Below, in pieces: positions 37,618-47,738 of a stretch of 64,000 nucleotides of DNA. Made by a program: the position numbers and the translations under genes. Origin of the DNA: Thermoflexus hugenholtzii JAD2 (GTDB taxonomy: Bacteria; Chloroflexota; UBA11872; UBA12225); the NCBI GenBank assembly GCA_945907765.1, contig CAMDTO010000002.1:3455-67454 (forward strand). Direction: 5' to 3'. Position 1 is the first letter of the stretch; each line of letters opens with the position of its first letter. The notes below the pieces were generated by a model, which was given only the letters and a program-made list of their open reading frames with translations, did not search any database and was not told where the DNA came from.

Positions 37618-39285
37618 TCAGGACCCCCGTGTGGCAATCTCGCGCCGTGTCTTTGCAAACCAATCGGTCACGTTTCGGAATCGGTCGGGCGGATTGGCAA
37701 CTATGCCAGTCCGAACGCCCCGGATCTTCGTGCTGATCGCGTACTCATACGTCGGCAAGTAGAGGGGCAGCGCGGGCACCTCCTCAGCGAAGATGGCCTG
37801 GAACTCGGCGTACGCCTTGAGCCGTTCCATGCGATCCAGCGACCGACGGCCTCGTTCGAGGGCCTCGTCTGACTTGCGGTTGGAGAAACCGCTGATGTTC
37901 AATCCCGCCGGCGCCACCTGCGTGGAATGCCACAACGAGTAGGGATCTGGGTCGAAACCGTTGAAGTCCCAACTGTAGACCGCGAGTTCGAACTTTCGGG
38001 GCAGGAGGAAATCCTGCACCAGACCGCCCGCACCGGTCGCCTGGACCTCAACATCGATCCCGATGGTCACGAGTTGTCTCTGCACTTCACCGGCGACTGC
38101 CAGCCGTTCGGGCCGATCATTGGTTAGCACCACCAGCCGTAAGGGATTCCCCTCCTTCTGGCGTCCCGGTCCGCCCGCAGGATCGGCCGTCCACCCAGCC
38201 TCATCAAGCAGGGCACGCGCACGCAGAAGGTTGTATTCGAGACGTCTGACGTTCGGGTCATATGCCCACGACGACGGCAGAATGGGACCGTCGGCACGGC
38301 GCGCGTGTCCATTGCGAGCCAGTTCGATCACGCGCCCTCGGTCGATCGCACTCGTGATTGCCTGACGGACAAGCCGGTCGGACAAGACCGGGTTTGCCGT
38401 ATTCATGAACAGCATCGTGACCGTGTTCTCGGGTGCGTCGTAGATTGTCACATCCTTGCGACGTTGCAACCGCACCACGTCGCCCGGTTCGACCAGTGGT
38501 GCCCCCTCGACCTCGTCACGTTCGAGTGCGGTGAGGATTGTCTTGTAGTTCGGATAGATCCTGAAAATGATGCGCGAAAGCCACGGTGATGGCGTGTGCG
38601 ATGTGTTCGCCTCAAGCGTGATCCGGTCTGGAGTCAATTCCTTCAACTTGTAGGGACCGGTCCCCACTGGTTGGATATTGAACCGGTGCGCCGGCAGGTC
38701 CCTGACCCCGACCGTCCCAAGGATGTGAGATGGAAGGATTCCAACCGTGGTGAACTCGAGAAACGGCGCAAAACTGTCCTTGGGCAAGGAAAGTCTGACC
38801 GTCAAGCGGTCCAGTTTCTCGACGTTGACATCTCGCCATTGCGCACCGTAAGGCCCGGAGTAGGCCGGGTCGCGAAGGACACCGTAGGTAAAAATGACAT
38901 CATCAGCGGAAAACAGTGTGCCATCATGCCAACGTACACCGTCACGCAGATGGAAGGTGTACTGCCGAGCATCAGGCGCAATGTCCCATGTCTCGGCAAG
39001 GTTCGGGATCACTTGCCCTTGAGGGTCTGTCCGGGTTAGCCCATCGAACAGAAGTGAGACAAGCGTGTTACTCGCGTCATCACTCGCCAGGACCGGGTTG
39101 ATCGACTGAGGGAAACCGGCCAGGCCCTCGACGTACGCTCCCCCGAAATCCGGAGCCTCGGTGATCTCGGCAGACTGGGCGAAACTGCCAAGAAGGAAGG
39201 CGACGACCAGAATGCCGCCGAGGGCGATCACCAGCTGAGTCGCAAGGCGCCTTCCCGATGATGACGCCATTCGCGATGGCGGCAC
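37618..39285 (-). CDS. ABC transporter substrate-binding protein, family 5 (peptide/nickel-type), membrane-anchored
   Basis: N-terminal TM anchor. LFDGLTRTDPQGQVIPNLAETWDIAPDARQYTFHLRDGVRWHDG is typical of SBP family 5. No permease or ATPase genes are adjacent. Confidence 0.85.
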   Translation of the reverse strand: MPPSRMASSSGRRLATQLVIALGGILVVAFLLGSFAQSAEITEAPDFGGAYVEGLAGFPQSINPVLASDDASNTLVSLLFDGLTRTDPQGQVIPNLAETWDIAPDARQYTFHLRDGVRWHDGTLFSADDVIFTYGVLRDPAYSGPYGAQWRDVNVEKLDRLTVRLSLPKDSFAPFLEFTTVGILPSHILGTVGVRDLPAHRFNIQPVGTGPYKLKELTPDRITLEANTSHTPSPWLSRIIFRIYPNYKTILTALERDEVEGAPLVEPGDVVRLQRRKDVTIYDAPENTVTMLFMNTANPVLSDRLVRQAITSAIDRGRVIELARNGHARRADGPILPSSWAYDPNVRRLEYNLLRARALLDEAGWTADPAGGPGRQKEGNPLRLVVLTNDRPERLAVAGEVQRQLVTIGIDVEVQATGAGGLVQDFLLPRKFELAVYSWDFNGFDPDPYSLWHSTQVAPAGLNISGFSNRKSDEALERGRRSLDRMERLKAYAEFQAIFAEEVPALPLYLPTYEYAISTKIRGVRTGIVANPPDRFRNVTDWFAKTRREIATRGS

Positions 39286-39287
39286 GC

Positions 39288-39512
39288 CTACCCCGTCACT
39301 CGAAGCACGATCAGTGACGTGATCAGAAACACAACGGACAGGATGATGGTGAACTGGAACAGGACCTGATCAAGGCCTCTCCGGGTGGTGTAGATCGATG
39401 CATCGCTACCGCCAAAGGCGCTGCCTAGTCCGGCACTCTTGACCTGCAGCAGAATCACACCGATCAGTGTGATGGCAAGGACAATCTGTACTACGTAGAA
39501 GAGTGTTTCCAT
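39288..39512 (-). CDS. secG: Preprotein translocase subunit SecG
   Basis: 74 aa with two TM segments. LLQVKSAGLGSAFGG is the SecG signature. Confidence 0.9.
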   Translation of the reverse strand: METLFYVVQIVLAITLIGVILLQVKSAGLGSAFGGSDASIYTTRRGLDQVLFQFTIILSVVFLITSLIVLRVTG

Positions 39513-39572
39513 GGCTAGTCCTCAAGTATACGTGCGTGAATGCAGGGGATCCGAAGACGAAGGTTCCTGTCC

Positions 39573-40355
39573 TCAGGCCACACGAACAGCCGCGGCGTCA
39601 ACGATACTCGCAAACCCCTCCGCCAAAAGGGACGCGCCACCAACAAGCGCTCCGTCGATATGCGGTTGGGCGAATAGCGATGCAGCATTGGTCGCCGTCA
39701 CGCTCCCACCGTACTGCATCCGCATCCCATCAGCAATTTCGTGACCGTAGAGATCAGCCACCACGCCGCGAATGACGCCAACCGTCGCGTTCGCGCCTTC
39801 TGGCGTGGCCGGCCGACCAGTCCCGATTGCCCATATTGGCTCATATGCAATGACAATGCCACCCACCTCGACTGCGGGAATTCCATCCAGTGCCGCTCGG
39901 ACCTGACGCGTCACAACGGTCGCGGTTGCGCCCCCGTCGTACTCCTCAAGGGTCTCACCAACGCACACGATCGGTGTCAACCCACCAGTAAGTACGGCAC
40001 GCACCTTACGAGACACAACCTCATCGGTATCCCCAAATCGTGCCCGTCGTTCCGAGTGCCCCACGATCACGTAGGACGCTCCGGCACTTCCAACCATCCC
40101 GACCGAAACCTCGCCAGTATGCGCCCCGTGGGTTCCACAGTGGACGTTCTGGGCACCTAGGCCGAGATGGGTCCCATGGATGACCCCATGAACCGACACG
40201 AGCGACACGGTTGGCGGACAAAGAACGACCTCGGTTGGCCCACCATCGCGCAGGACCGTTCGGAGTGAGGTTGCCAGCGCGACAGCCTCGGCCACGGTCG
40301 TGTTCATCTTCCAGTTGCCTGCAACGATTGGGCGTCGAATTGTCATGATCATCAC
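39573..40355 (-). CDS. tpiA: Triosephosphate isomerase
   Basis: IVAGNWKMN, VGHSERR, AYEPIWAIGTG, YGGSV. Confidence 0.95.
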   Translation of the reverse strand: MMIMTIRRPIVAGNWKMNTTVAEAVALATSLRTVLRDGGPTEVVLCPPTVSLVSVHGVIHGTHLGLGAQNVHCGTHGAHTGEVSVGMVGSAGASYVIVGHSERRARFGDTDEVVSRKVRAVLTGGLTPIVCVGETLEEYDGGATATVVTRQVRAALDGIPAVEVGGIVIAYEPIWAIGTGRPATPEGANATVGVIRGVVADLYGHEIADGMRMQYGGSVTATNAASLFAQPHIDGALVGGASLLAEGFASIVDAAAVRVA

Positions 40356-40398
40356 TCCTTATGCGACGACTGTTGGGGCAACGCGTGCCAGAAAGAAA

Positions 40399-41607
40399 TC
40401 AGTGAGTGGTTGTGCCGGCACGGTCACGAAGGACGGCAACGCCGGGTAGTTCAACTCCCTCAAGGAACTCCAACGCGGCACCACCGCCAGTACTGACATG
40501 GGTCACCGATTCGGCGTGTCCACATGCTTCCAGTGCCGCCACCGAATCGCCCCCTCCGACAATCGTCGTGCCGTTCACCTGGACAAGCGCTTGCGCAATC
40601 CCGATTGTTCCAGCGGCAAACGGTTCCATCTCGAATACGCCCATCGGACCGTTCCAGATCACGGTCGTTGCCGAACGGATGACGTCCGCGTACCGTTCGG
40701 TCGTGGCCGGACCGATGTCAAAGACCATAGTGTTGTCTGGCACCATTCCAACCCCGACGATGAAGGTTTCCACCGAGGATGAAAGGTGTGAGGCGACAAC
40801 CAGGTCGACGGGCAGGTGGATCACGGTACCGGCATGGGACGCCTCGCTCAGGATTGCACGAGCGGTGGACGCCGATGTGGCCTCCACGAACGACAACCCC
40901 ATTTTGTACCCCTGTGCCCGGAGGAACGTGTTGGCCATTGCGCCACCGATGAGCAGGTGATCGGCCTTCCCAATCAGGTTCTTGAGAACCCCGATTTTGT
41001 CGGAAACCTTCTTGCCCCCGACTACTGCGACGAACGGGTGTTCCGGGTCACTCAGTGCCCTGCCCATGATGGAGATTTCGCGCTCCATCAGCAATCCAGC
41101 AACGGCCGGGAGCAGGTGCGCCACACCTTCGGTAGAGGCATGGGCACGATGTGCCGTCCCGAAAGCATCGTTCACGTACACGTCGCCAAGTTTGGCAAGT
41201 GACGCAGCGAAGTCCGGGTCGTTCGCCTCTTCCGCGCTATGAAAGCGAAGATTTTCAAGGAGCAGTACATCTCCCGGCTCAAGCGCAGCAACTGCACTCT
41301 CTGTCTCCGACCCGATGCAGTCGCGCACCGTGGTCACCGGCACCCCAATTAACTCGGACAGATGTACCGCAACCGGGGCAAGTCGCAGACCCTCCACAAC
41401 GGCCCCGTCGGGACGCCCAAGGTGAGACATGAGCACGACACGAGCGCCCTGGGCCCGCAGAGCCTCGATGGTCGGGACGGCAGCACGAATGCGCGTGTCG
41501 TCGCTAATCTCACCGTCGTGCATCGGCACATTGAAGTCAACCCGCACGAGTACCCGCTTGCCGTGCGCGTCAATGTCTCGAATGGTCTGCTTGTCGAGCC
41601 CGGTCAT
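40399..41607 (-). CDS. pgk: Phosphoglycerate kinase
   Basis: RVDFNVP, SHLGRP, NDAFGTAHRAHAS, GGGDS. Confidence 0.95.
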   Translation of the reverse strand: MTGLDKQTIRDIDAHGKRVLVRVDFNVPMHDGEISDDTRIRAAVPTIEALRAQGARVVLMSHLGRPDGAVVEGLRLAPVAVHLSELIGVPVTTVRDCIGSETESAVAALEPGDVLLLENLRFHSAEEANDPDFAASLAKLGDVYVNDAFGTAHRAHASTEGVAHLLPAVAGLLMEREISIMGRALSDPEHPFVAVVGGKKVSDKIGVLKNLIGKADHLLIGGAMANTFLRAQGYKMGLSFVEATSASTARAILSEASHAGTVIHLPVDLVVASHLSSSVETFIVGVGMVPDNTMVFDIGPATTERYADVIRSATTVIWNGPMGVFEMEPFAAGTIGIAQALVQVNGTTIVGGGDSVAALEACGHAESVTHVSTGGGAALEFLEGVELPGVAVLRDRAGTTTH

Positions 41608-41782
41608 CGGAAACCTCTGGATTGGGTGGCGACTTCAACATCGCCAAATGCATGTAATGCCGATCACCCGGTGCCTCTTACAGGCGCCGTATCATCGGTG
41701 TCAAGACCTACGTGGCCAAGTCACACCAACCACGTAGACATGATTCTCCCGCGTGAAGCGGTGGAACTGCGAGGGATGGCGG

Positions 41783-42796
41783 TCAGTGGGCAAACCCGCG
41801 CGAGGCGATCAGGCTAGCCAAATCAGATACTCGGCACGCGTATCCCCACTCGTTGTCGTACCACGCCGCTACCTTGACCATGTCCCCGCCAACGACCATC
41901 GTCAGCTGCGAGTCGACGATGGACGAATGCGTGTTGCCCTTGAGGTCCATCGAGACCAACGGTTCGTCGGTCACGTCCAGGATGCCGTGTAGTGGTCCCG
42001 AAGCAGCGGCTGCGCGGAGGGCGTCGTTGACTTCGCCAACCGTGGTCATCCGCTTTATGTTCGCGATGAACTCCACTATGGACACCGTCGGGGTTGGGAC
42101 CCGGTACGCCACGCCATCGACAATGCCCCTCACTTCGGGAATTACCAGTGAGACTGCACGCGCGGCCCCCGTGGACGTCGGCACGATGTTCATCGCCCCG
42201 GCCCGCGCCTCGCGAAGGTCCTTCGACGCAAGGTCAAGAATACGCTGGGAATTCGTGTAGGAATGGACCGTCGTCATCATCCCCTTGACGATGCCAAAAT
42301 TGTCCAGAATGACTTTTACGACCGGTGAAAGGCCGTTGGTGGTGCAACTTGCATTCGAGATGACGTGATGGTGCGCGGGGTCGTATTTGGCGTCGTTTAC
42401 CCCAAGCACCACAGTGATGTCCTCACCCTTGGCCGGTGCGGAAATGATCACCTTCTTGGCACCTGCGTGAAGATGCTTCTCCGCATCCGGGCGGTTCGTG
42501 CCTACGCCAGTCGCTTCGATGACGAGATGAATCCCTCGTCCACCCCAGTCGAGTTTTGACCAGTCGCGTTCGGCAGTGATCGCGACGCGATGCCCATTCA
42601 CGACGAGAACATCGGGCTCGACCTTCACCGTGCCCGGAAAGTTCCCGTAATTACTGTCGTGACGAAGCAAGTGGGCATTGGTCGCCGTGTCCACCAAATC
42701 GTTAATCGCTACGAGCTCAAGCGAAGGATGTCGTTCGAGAATTGCCTTGAACGCCTGCCGCCCAATCCTTCCAAATCCATTGATCCCAATCCGCAT
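41783..42796 (-). CDS. gap: Glyceraldehyde-3-phosphate dehydrogenase
   Basis: [13 protein letters not shown], active-site [16 protein letters not shown]. Trimmed from the track start (42907) to the ATG giving MRIGINGFG. Confidence 0.95.
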   Translation of the reverse strand: MRIGINGFGRIGRQAFKAILERHPSLELVAINDLVDTATNAHLLRHDSNYGNFPGTVKVEPDVLVVNGHRVAITAERDWSKLDWGGRGIHLVIEATGVGTNRPDAEKHLHAGAKKVIISAPAKGEDITVVLGVNDAKYDPAHHHVISNASCTTNGLSPVVKVILDNFGIVKGMMTTVHSYTNSQRILDLASKDLREARAGAMNIVPTSTGAARAVSLVIPEVRGIVDGVAYRVPTPTVSIVEFIANIKRMTTVGEVNDALRAAAASGPLHGILDVTDEPLVSMDLKGNTHSSIVDSQLTMVVGGDMVKVAAWYDNEWGYACRVSDLASLIASRGFAH

Positions 42797-43210
42797 GACA
42801 TCGTCCTTACGCCCGGCACCCCGCCGGTCACCTGTTTTTTTCAAATCACCATTCCGGGCTCCATCTGACGGACGGAGACGGAACGCTTCGACATCGGGAA
42901 CTCGCAAGTATCGACCGACCGTCGCCCGAGCCGAGCGAAATCAGTGACTGGCCGTCTCGACTGCCCCCGTCGCCTTCTTGCTGCGCTTCATTTGTTGCGC
43001 GAAGTGGGAGGATGCCGCGAGTGGCGAGGCGTTGGTCCGTACTTAAAGGATACAACGGAACCCCACGATACCCCCGCCTGGGGGCGCGGTCGCACACCGC
43101 TCCGAAGAAGGAGTTGGAGCCAGGGTCACCACGGGAGCACAAGTGACCCATCGATGCCATATGGCCGGGACTGCGATCAAGTCCAGGAACGGCGCGTTCC
43201 ATGTCATGAA

Positions 43211-43369
43211 ATGTTCATGCAACCCGGCCAACAACCGCGAAATGCCCGAGGGAACAAGTCCGGCCGCGGGCGAGGTCGCCCAACCCGGTACTACGTCTGG
43301 GTCTCAATCAGCATCGTCGTCGCCCTGTCGATGGCCATGCCGTTCTGCAACACCGCCATCACCCCATAA
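43211..43369 (+). CDS. Candidate small membrane protein (about 52 aa; basic N-terminus plus one TM segment)
   Basis: MFMQPGQQPRNARGNKSGRGRGRPTRYYVWVSISIVVALSMAMPFCNTAITP. The TM part uses strongly G/C-ending codons like real genes here. There is no convincing Shine-Dalgarno. This is the only plausible coding feature in a 625-bp gap. Confidence 0.25.
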   Translation: MFMQPGQQPRNARGNKSGRGRGRPTRYYVWVSISIVVALSMAMPFCNTAITP

Positions 43370-43421
43370 TCGCCCCAGCAAAGCACCGTTCGATGCATGG
43401 AGCGATTCGTAGGCCCATGGG

Positions 43422-44297
43422 TCAAGCCTCGGGGTCAACGGGTGGAGTCACCTTGAGCGCCTCACCCGCGTAGTTCCCGATGTGTTCGGCAAGCGCCAGA
43501 ACATCAACCGGCAGAACCATGCGCGTGGATGGGCTCGCACCGAGTGCCTTCAGGGCCTCAAGGTGCTGCAGTGTCATGGTGCGCGCGTCGATTTGCGACG
43601 CCGCTTGCATCACCAGTTCGAGCGCCCGGGCTGTTCCCTCGGCCTGCAACCTGACGGCCGCCCGTTCGCCTTCGGCCTTGAGCACCGCCGACTGGCGATC
43701 ACCTTGGGCAACCAGAACGACTGCCTCTCGACGCCCTTCGGCCTCCGAAACCCGGGCCCGGCGATCACGCTCGGCCGACATCTGGCGGTTCATCGCTTCC
43801 TGAACAAGCGGTGGTGGCACGATTTCGCGGATCTCGACATTCGTGATCTTGATTCCCCACCGTTCGGTGACCGCATCGAGCTTCACGCGCAGGACATCAT
43901 TGATCGTCTCGCGCTTTGACAGCACGTCGTCAAGTGACAGGTCTCCGATGACTGCACGAACGGTCGTGGTGGCGATTCCCTGGGTCGCCCCTTCGGGATT
44001 TGACACCTCGACGACCGACAACGCCGGGTCGACAACCTTGCGGTAGATCAGGAAGTCAACAGCAATTGAGGCATTGTCCTTGGTAATGCACTTCTGTTGC
44101 GGGATCTGAAGGAAGGACTCCCGGAGATCGACACTGACCGCGCGTTCAAGGAACGGGACAACGATCTGCACGCCAGGCCCCCTGGCACCGACACACCGCC
44201 CCAGTCGGAAGACCACGAGTCTCTGGTACTCAGGGATGATCCGGACACCCCGGATGATGATCCCGAGGAACACCACTGCTGCGGCGAGCCATCCCAT
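43422..44297 (-). CDS. SPFH/band-7 (stomatin-like) protein
   Basis: One TM segment, then VPEYQRLVVFRLGR..., the SPFH core and a coiled-coil tail. Start trimmed to the ATG giving MGWLAAAVVF, just after the nfeD stop. Confidence 0.9.
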   Translation of the reverse strand: MGWLAAAVVFLGIIIRGVRIIPEYQRLVVFRLGRCVGARGPGVQIVVPFLERAVSVDLRESFLQIPQQKCITKDNASIAVDFLIYRKVVDPALSVVEVSNPEGATQGIATTTVRAVIGDLSLDDVLSKRETINDVLRVKLDAVTERWGIKITNVEIREIVPPPLVQEAMNRQMSAERDRRARVSEAEGRREAVVLVAQGDRQSAVLKAEGERAAVRLQAEGTARALELVMQAASQIDARTMTLQHLEALKALGASPSTRMVLPVDVLALAEHIGNYAGEALKVTPPVDPEA

Positions 44298-44302
44298 GTT
44301 GC

Positions 44303-45751
44303 TTACTCCGACCGAGGGACCGCGCCAACGAGTTCCGTTCCGGCTGCTACCGGCTCGACAATCAGTGTCAGTCCCCACCGATCCGTCACCCGGATCGCTT
44401 GCCCACTCTTCATCGTACCCGCAATCGCACGTCCACTCCATACCTCGCCCCGGACGCTCACCGTTCCACCCGGTACAAGCGCGGTGATGGCAACACCCGT
44501 TTCACCGGGAAGAGGCATCGCCGTCCGCGCAGGGCGCCCGACCGTCCCGATCGCTTTCCCGACGACAAGACCGGTGGAAACCGCCAGGAAACCGACAGAT
44601 CCGATCATGATCAGCGGGTTCAGGCGTGCCGGCACACCGCCCACCGTCGGGCCGGAATCCGGGAAGAGCCACCAACTCCCAAGCGCGATCGCCATGACCC
44701 CACCGACGGCCAGCATCCCGTGTCCTCCGGCCTTCAGTTCCGCAACCAGGAGGCTCACCCCCAGTCCGAGCACTGCAACCGCACCTTTCTCAACCGGGAG
44801 GCTGTTAAATCCCATCAACGCCAGGACAAGGCAGATCGTGCCGACCAGACCGGCCGCCCCGCCTGTCGCTGCAAAGACCTCCGACCCGATCAAGACAAGG
44901 CCGATGAGGCAGAGCAGGTAGGCCACCACCGGTTGGGCGACAATCGCCAAGGTCAACTCGGCTAGCGACGGTGAAATCTCGACAATGACCGCATCGCGCG
45001 TGCGTAACGGCCGGTCGCCCCAGGGGCCGGCAACACGACGCCCATCTAGCTGAACAAGAGCGTCTTCCAGGTCCGAAGCGACAAGTTCAACAACCCCAGC
45101 CCGCAACGCGTCGGATGAACCAAGAACCACACTCTCTCGCACCGCACGTTCGGCCCATTCGGCGTTGCGTCCGCGCTGAATGGCCAACCCACGGATGTAA
45201 CCAACCGCGTCGTTGGTGACCTTCTCCATAATGACAGGGTCGATTGGGATCACCATTCCGCCCTCGACTGCAACCGGGTGAGCCGCACCCATGGTCGTTC
45301 CCGGTGCCATCACCGCCACGTCGGACGCAAGAACGATGAAGGTGCCAGCCGAAGCCGCCCTCGCACCGGAAGGTCCAACCATGACGATCACCGGAAGCGG
45401 CGCACCGAGGAGGCGTTGGACAATCTCACGCATTGAGACGTCGAGCCCCCCGGGAGTGTCCAGCAAAATGACTAGGGCCTCTGCATCACGACGTTCCGAC
45501 GACGTAACAACCCGTTCGACGTATTGGGAGACGGCCGGGTCAATCTCGCCGACCACCCGGGCGACGACAACCTCGCGAACCGAGGCCGACTGTGCACTCA
45601 CAGGCAGACCTGACCAACCGAGGAGAGTGACCACGGCCACAGCGATGATCGCAACGCCGGCTAACGACCGCACAATGGGCGTCACGAACCCAATCAAGGC
45701 GCGTGTGCGAACAGAAACGGTGTCACACGGTGTCACTTCGCACCCTTCCAT
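44303..45751 (-). CDS. NfeD-like membrane-bound ClpP-class serine protease (long form)
   Basis: ClpP-like domain (LLDTPGGLDVSMREIV...ARAASAGTFIVLASDVAVMAPGTTMGAAHPV), a TM bundle and a C-terminal OB domain. The upstream part of the track ORF (to 46138) overlaps the divergent epimerase and was trimmed, so the start is uncertain. Confidence 0.8.
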   Translation of the reverse strand: MEGCEVTPCDTVSVRTRALIGFVTPIVRSLAGVAIIAVAVVTLLGWSGLPVSAQSASVREVVVARVVGEIDPAVSQYVERVVTSSERRDAEALVILLDTPGGLDVSMREIVQRLLGAPLPVIVMVGPSGARAASAGTFIVLASDVAVMAPGTTMGAAHPVAVEGGMVIPIDPVIMEKVTNDAVGYIRGLAIQRGRNAEWAERAVRESVVLGSSDALRAGVVELVASDLEDALVQLDGRRVAGPWGDRPLRTRDAVIVEISPSLAELTLAIVAQPVVAYLLCLIGLVLIGSEVFAATGGAAGLVGTICLVLALMGFNSLPVEKGAVAVLGLGVSLLVAELKAGGHGMLAVGGVMAIALGSWWLFPDSGPTVGGVPARLNPLIMIGSVGFLAVSTGLVVGKAIGTVGRPARTAMPLPGETGVAITALVPGGTVSVRGEVWSGRAIAGTMKSGQAIRVTDRWGLTLIVEPVAAGTELVGAVPRSE

Positions 45752-45979
45752 CCGTTTCCATCCTGGTACGAGTATGGGCGCACCACGGTGGCCGGTCAAC
45801 TGCTCACACGTACGAGCGCATCCATGTGCTGCGTCCACCCCGCCTGGGGGGGGTGAGGCACGGCGGGCAGGGACCAGCATGGAACGCGGTCGCGCATCGG
45901 CCGTGTCCTCTTGCCAGTTTCTGGTTACGCGGAACATGAAGTCCCTATTTGAACCGGCCCACGTCGCCGGGCAAGGTTT

Positions 45980-47161
45980 ATGGTGATGACCGAAGGCCAA
46001 CTCAACGCCATGACCCGACCTGCGACCGGCCAGACGGTCATCGTTACCGGCGCTGCCGGATTCATCGGCAGCCACACAAGTGAGGCACTGCTCCGGCGTG
46101 GTGACAATGTCGTGGCAATCGACTCCTTCACGCCCCACTACAACCCCGTACGCAAGCAGGCCAATCTGGCATCGGTCCAGGCAACCGCCGACGCAATCCG
46201 TCGTGCCCTCGGCCCGTCATCACCCCAGTACACATTTCTGGAGGCCGATTGCTGCCGCGCAGACGACCTTGACCGGGCATTCCAGATTGGCGCCACGTTC
46301 AGTGCAGGCTGGCCGGTCCGGCGGATGATCCATCTGGCGGGACGTGCCGGCGTCCGTGCGCCAGCCAGTGAAGCACCCAACTACGTCGCGATGAACGTAG
46401 TGGCCACAACCGAGATCCTGGAAGCCTGCCGGAGACACGGCTTCGGCGACACGGCCGGTTCTGGTTTGCCTGGGGATCAGGTAGTGGAAGGGCAGGGCCA
46501 ACCGCTCGTCGGGCACCTTGCGATGGCTTCAAGCAGTTCGGTCTACGGCGGGGGGCCACCAGGGTGGGACGGACCTTTCCATGAGAATATGGCCGCCGAC
46601 CGTCCACTTTCGGTCTACGCCGCTACAAAGCGTGCAACCGAAGTGATCGCCCACGCATACACCCGAGTCTCAAACGTGCGTGTCACCTGCCTGCGCTTTT
46701 TCACCGTTGTCGGCCCGCGTGCCCGCCCTGATCTCACCCCATCAATTTTCGGACGTGCCATCTGGGAAGGACGCCCGATCACGCAGTTCGGTGACGGTTC
46801 AATGGCTCGCGACTACACATTTGTCGGTGATACGGTCACCGGCCTCCTCGCATCACTTGACCGTTTCGAGCGAGCGAACGCGGGCATCGTGGCACACGGT
46901 GACGACTACGAGGTCATCAATCTGGGAAACGACCGTCCAATAACGCTCTCCTATTACCTTGAAACCCTTGCCGGACTCCTCGATCGCACACCTGTGATCA
47001 ACGAAGTCCCGGTTCCGCCATCCGAACCCATGCGTACCTGGGCCGATCTCTCAAAGGCGCGACGCCTCCTCGCGTATGCCCCGACAACACCCTTCGAGGA
47101 AGCGCTTGCGTCGTTCATTGATTGGTATCGCGCCACAATCCTTGAACCACCGGTGGCCTGA
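45980..47161 (+). CDS. NAD-dependent epimerase/dehydratase (extended SDR, UDP-sugar 4-epimerase-like)
   Basis: Rossmann motif VTGAAGFIGSH, SSSSVYG, and the catalytic YAATKRATE (YxxxK). Confidence 0.85.
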   Translation: MVMTEGQLNAMTRPATGQTVIVTGAAGFIGSHTSEALLRRGDNVVAIDSFTPHYNPVRKQANLASVQATADAIRRALGPSSPQYTFLEADCCRADDLDRAFQIGATFSAGWPVRRMIHLAGRAGVRAPASEAPNYVAMNVVATTEILEACRRHGFGDTAGSGLPGDQVVEGQGQPLVGHLAMASSSSVYGGGPPGWDGPFHENMAADRPLSVYAATKRATEVIAHAYTRVSNVRVTCLRFFTVVGPRARPDLTPSIFGRAIWEGRPITQFGDGSMARDYTFVGDTVTGLLASLDRFERANAGIVAHGDDYEVINLGNDRPITLSYYLETLAGLLDRTPVINEVPVPPSEPMRTWADLSKARRLLAYAPTTPFEEALASFIDWYRATILEPPVA

Positions 47162-47276
47162 TCTCACCAGACCCACTTGGACTGGTACATCGGTACAGTC
47201 TGTGCGATATCCCATCCTCCTGCCGCTTCAGGGACATTGGCAAACCATCGGTGCCAGTGCGACGATATCGGTACGC

Positions 47277-47738
47277 ATGACGGACCGAACTGCCAGACGT
47301 AACCCACAATCGACCCCCCCGGCACGGCCAATGACCTTGAGACCGCACGCGATTCTCATTGGTGTGGCCATCAGCTATCTCTTGCAAGTAGGTGGGGGAT
47401 ACCTCGCGGCCACACAGGGCATCGTCCGTGACCCCGGAGCGGAACTCGGCGGTGACTTCAGCGCCCTCCCAATCCTGCAGTTCGGCACGATCTTCATCGG
47501 CGGATACCTGTCAGGTCGAATCGCGGGCGTGGCAGGGTTCATCAATGGCATTGCCGTCAGTGTTGCGTTCATCCTCATCTGGGCCGGTCTGAACGCGTAC
47601 AACGAATCCAAGCTCGTTGAAGAGTTCGGCCCCCTTGTTCTCCCCCCGATGAACATGGGCGGGATTGTTCTGGGCGATATCCTCAACCTGTCAGCTGGCG
47701 CCTTCGGTGGATGGCTTGCCGACCGTTGGGGTCGGTGA
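47277..47738 (+). CDS. Small glycine-rich membrane protein
   Basis: About 153 aa with 4 hydrophobic Gly-rich segments. Trimmed from the track ORF (47076), which overlaps the epimerase 3' end. Confidence 0.55.
   Translation: MTDRTARRNPQSTPPARPMTLRPHAILIGVAISYLLQVGGGYLAATQGIVRDPGAELGGDFSALPILQFGTIFIGGYLSGRIAGVAGFINGIAVSVAFILIWAGLNAYNESKLVEEFGPLVLPPMNMGGIVLGDILNLSAGAFGGWLADRWGR

Noticed and set aside
43240-43300. RNase P RNA-like string (..GGGAACAAGTCCGGCC.. ..CAACCCGGTAC..) in the gap upstream region.
   Set aside because: It only superficially resembles GGAAAGUCCGGGC / ACCCGGCUUA. The other universally conserved RNase P elements and the required roughly 350-400-nt structure are not present.
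42944-43412. 141-aa and 89-aa plus-strand ORFs spanning the gap/stomatin intergenic region.
   Set aside because: The translations are Arg/Pro/Gly/Ser low-complexity sequence with no start signals. Only the last roughly 52 codons of the first ORF look coding, and those are reported separately at low confidence.
45752-46138. N-terminal 129 codons of the 611-aa nfeD track ORF. Similar upstream extensions occur for gap (to 42907), stomatin (to 44441), nuoB (to 9180), the GT4 gene (to 61990) and tyrS (from 20653).
   Set aside because: The extensions overlap neighbouring genes or regulatory hairpins, lack family-typical sequence, and better internal starts exist with a Shine-Dalgarno or stop-start overlap.
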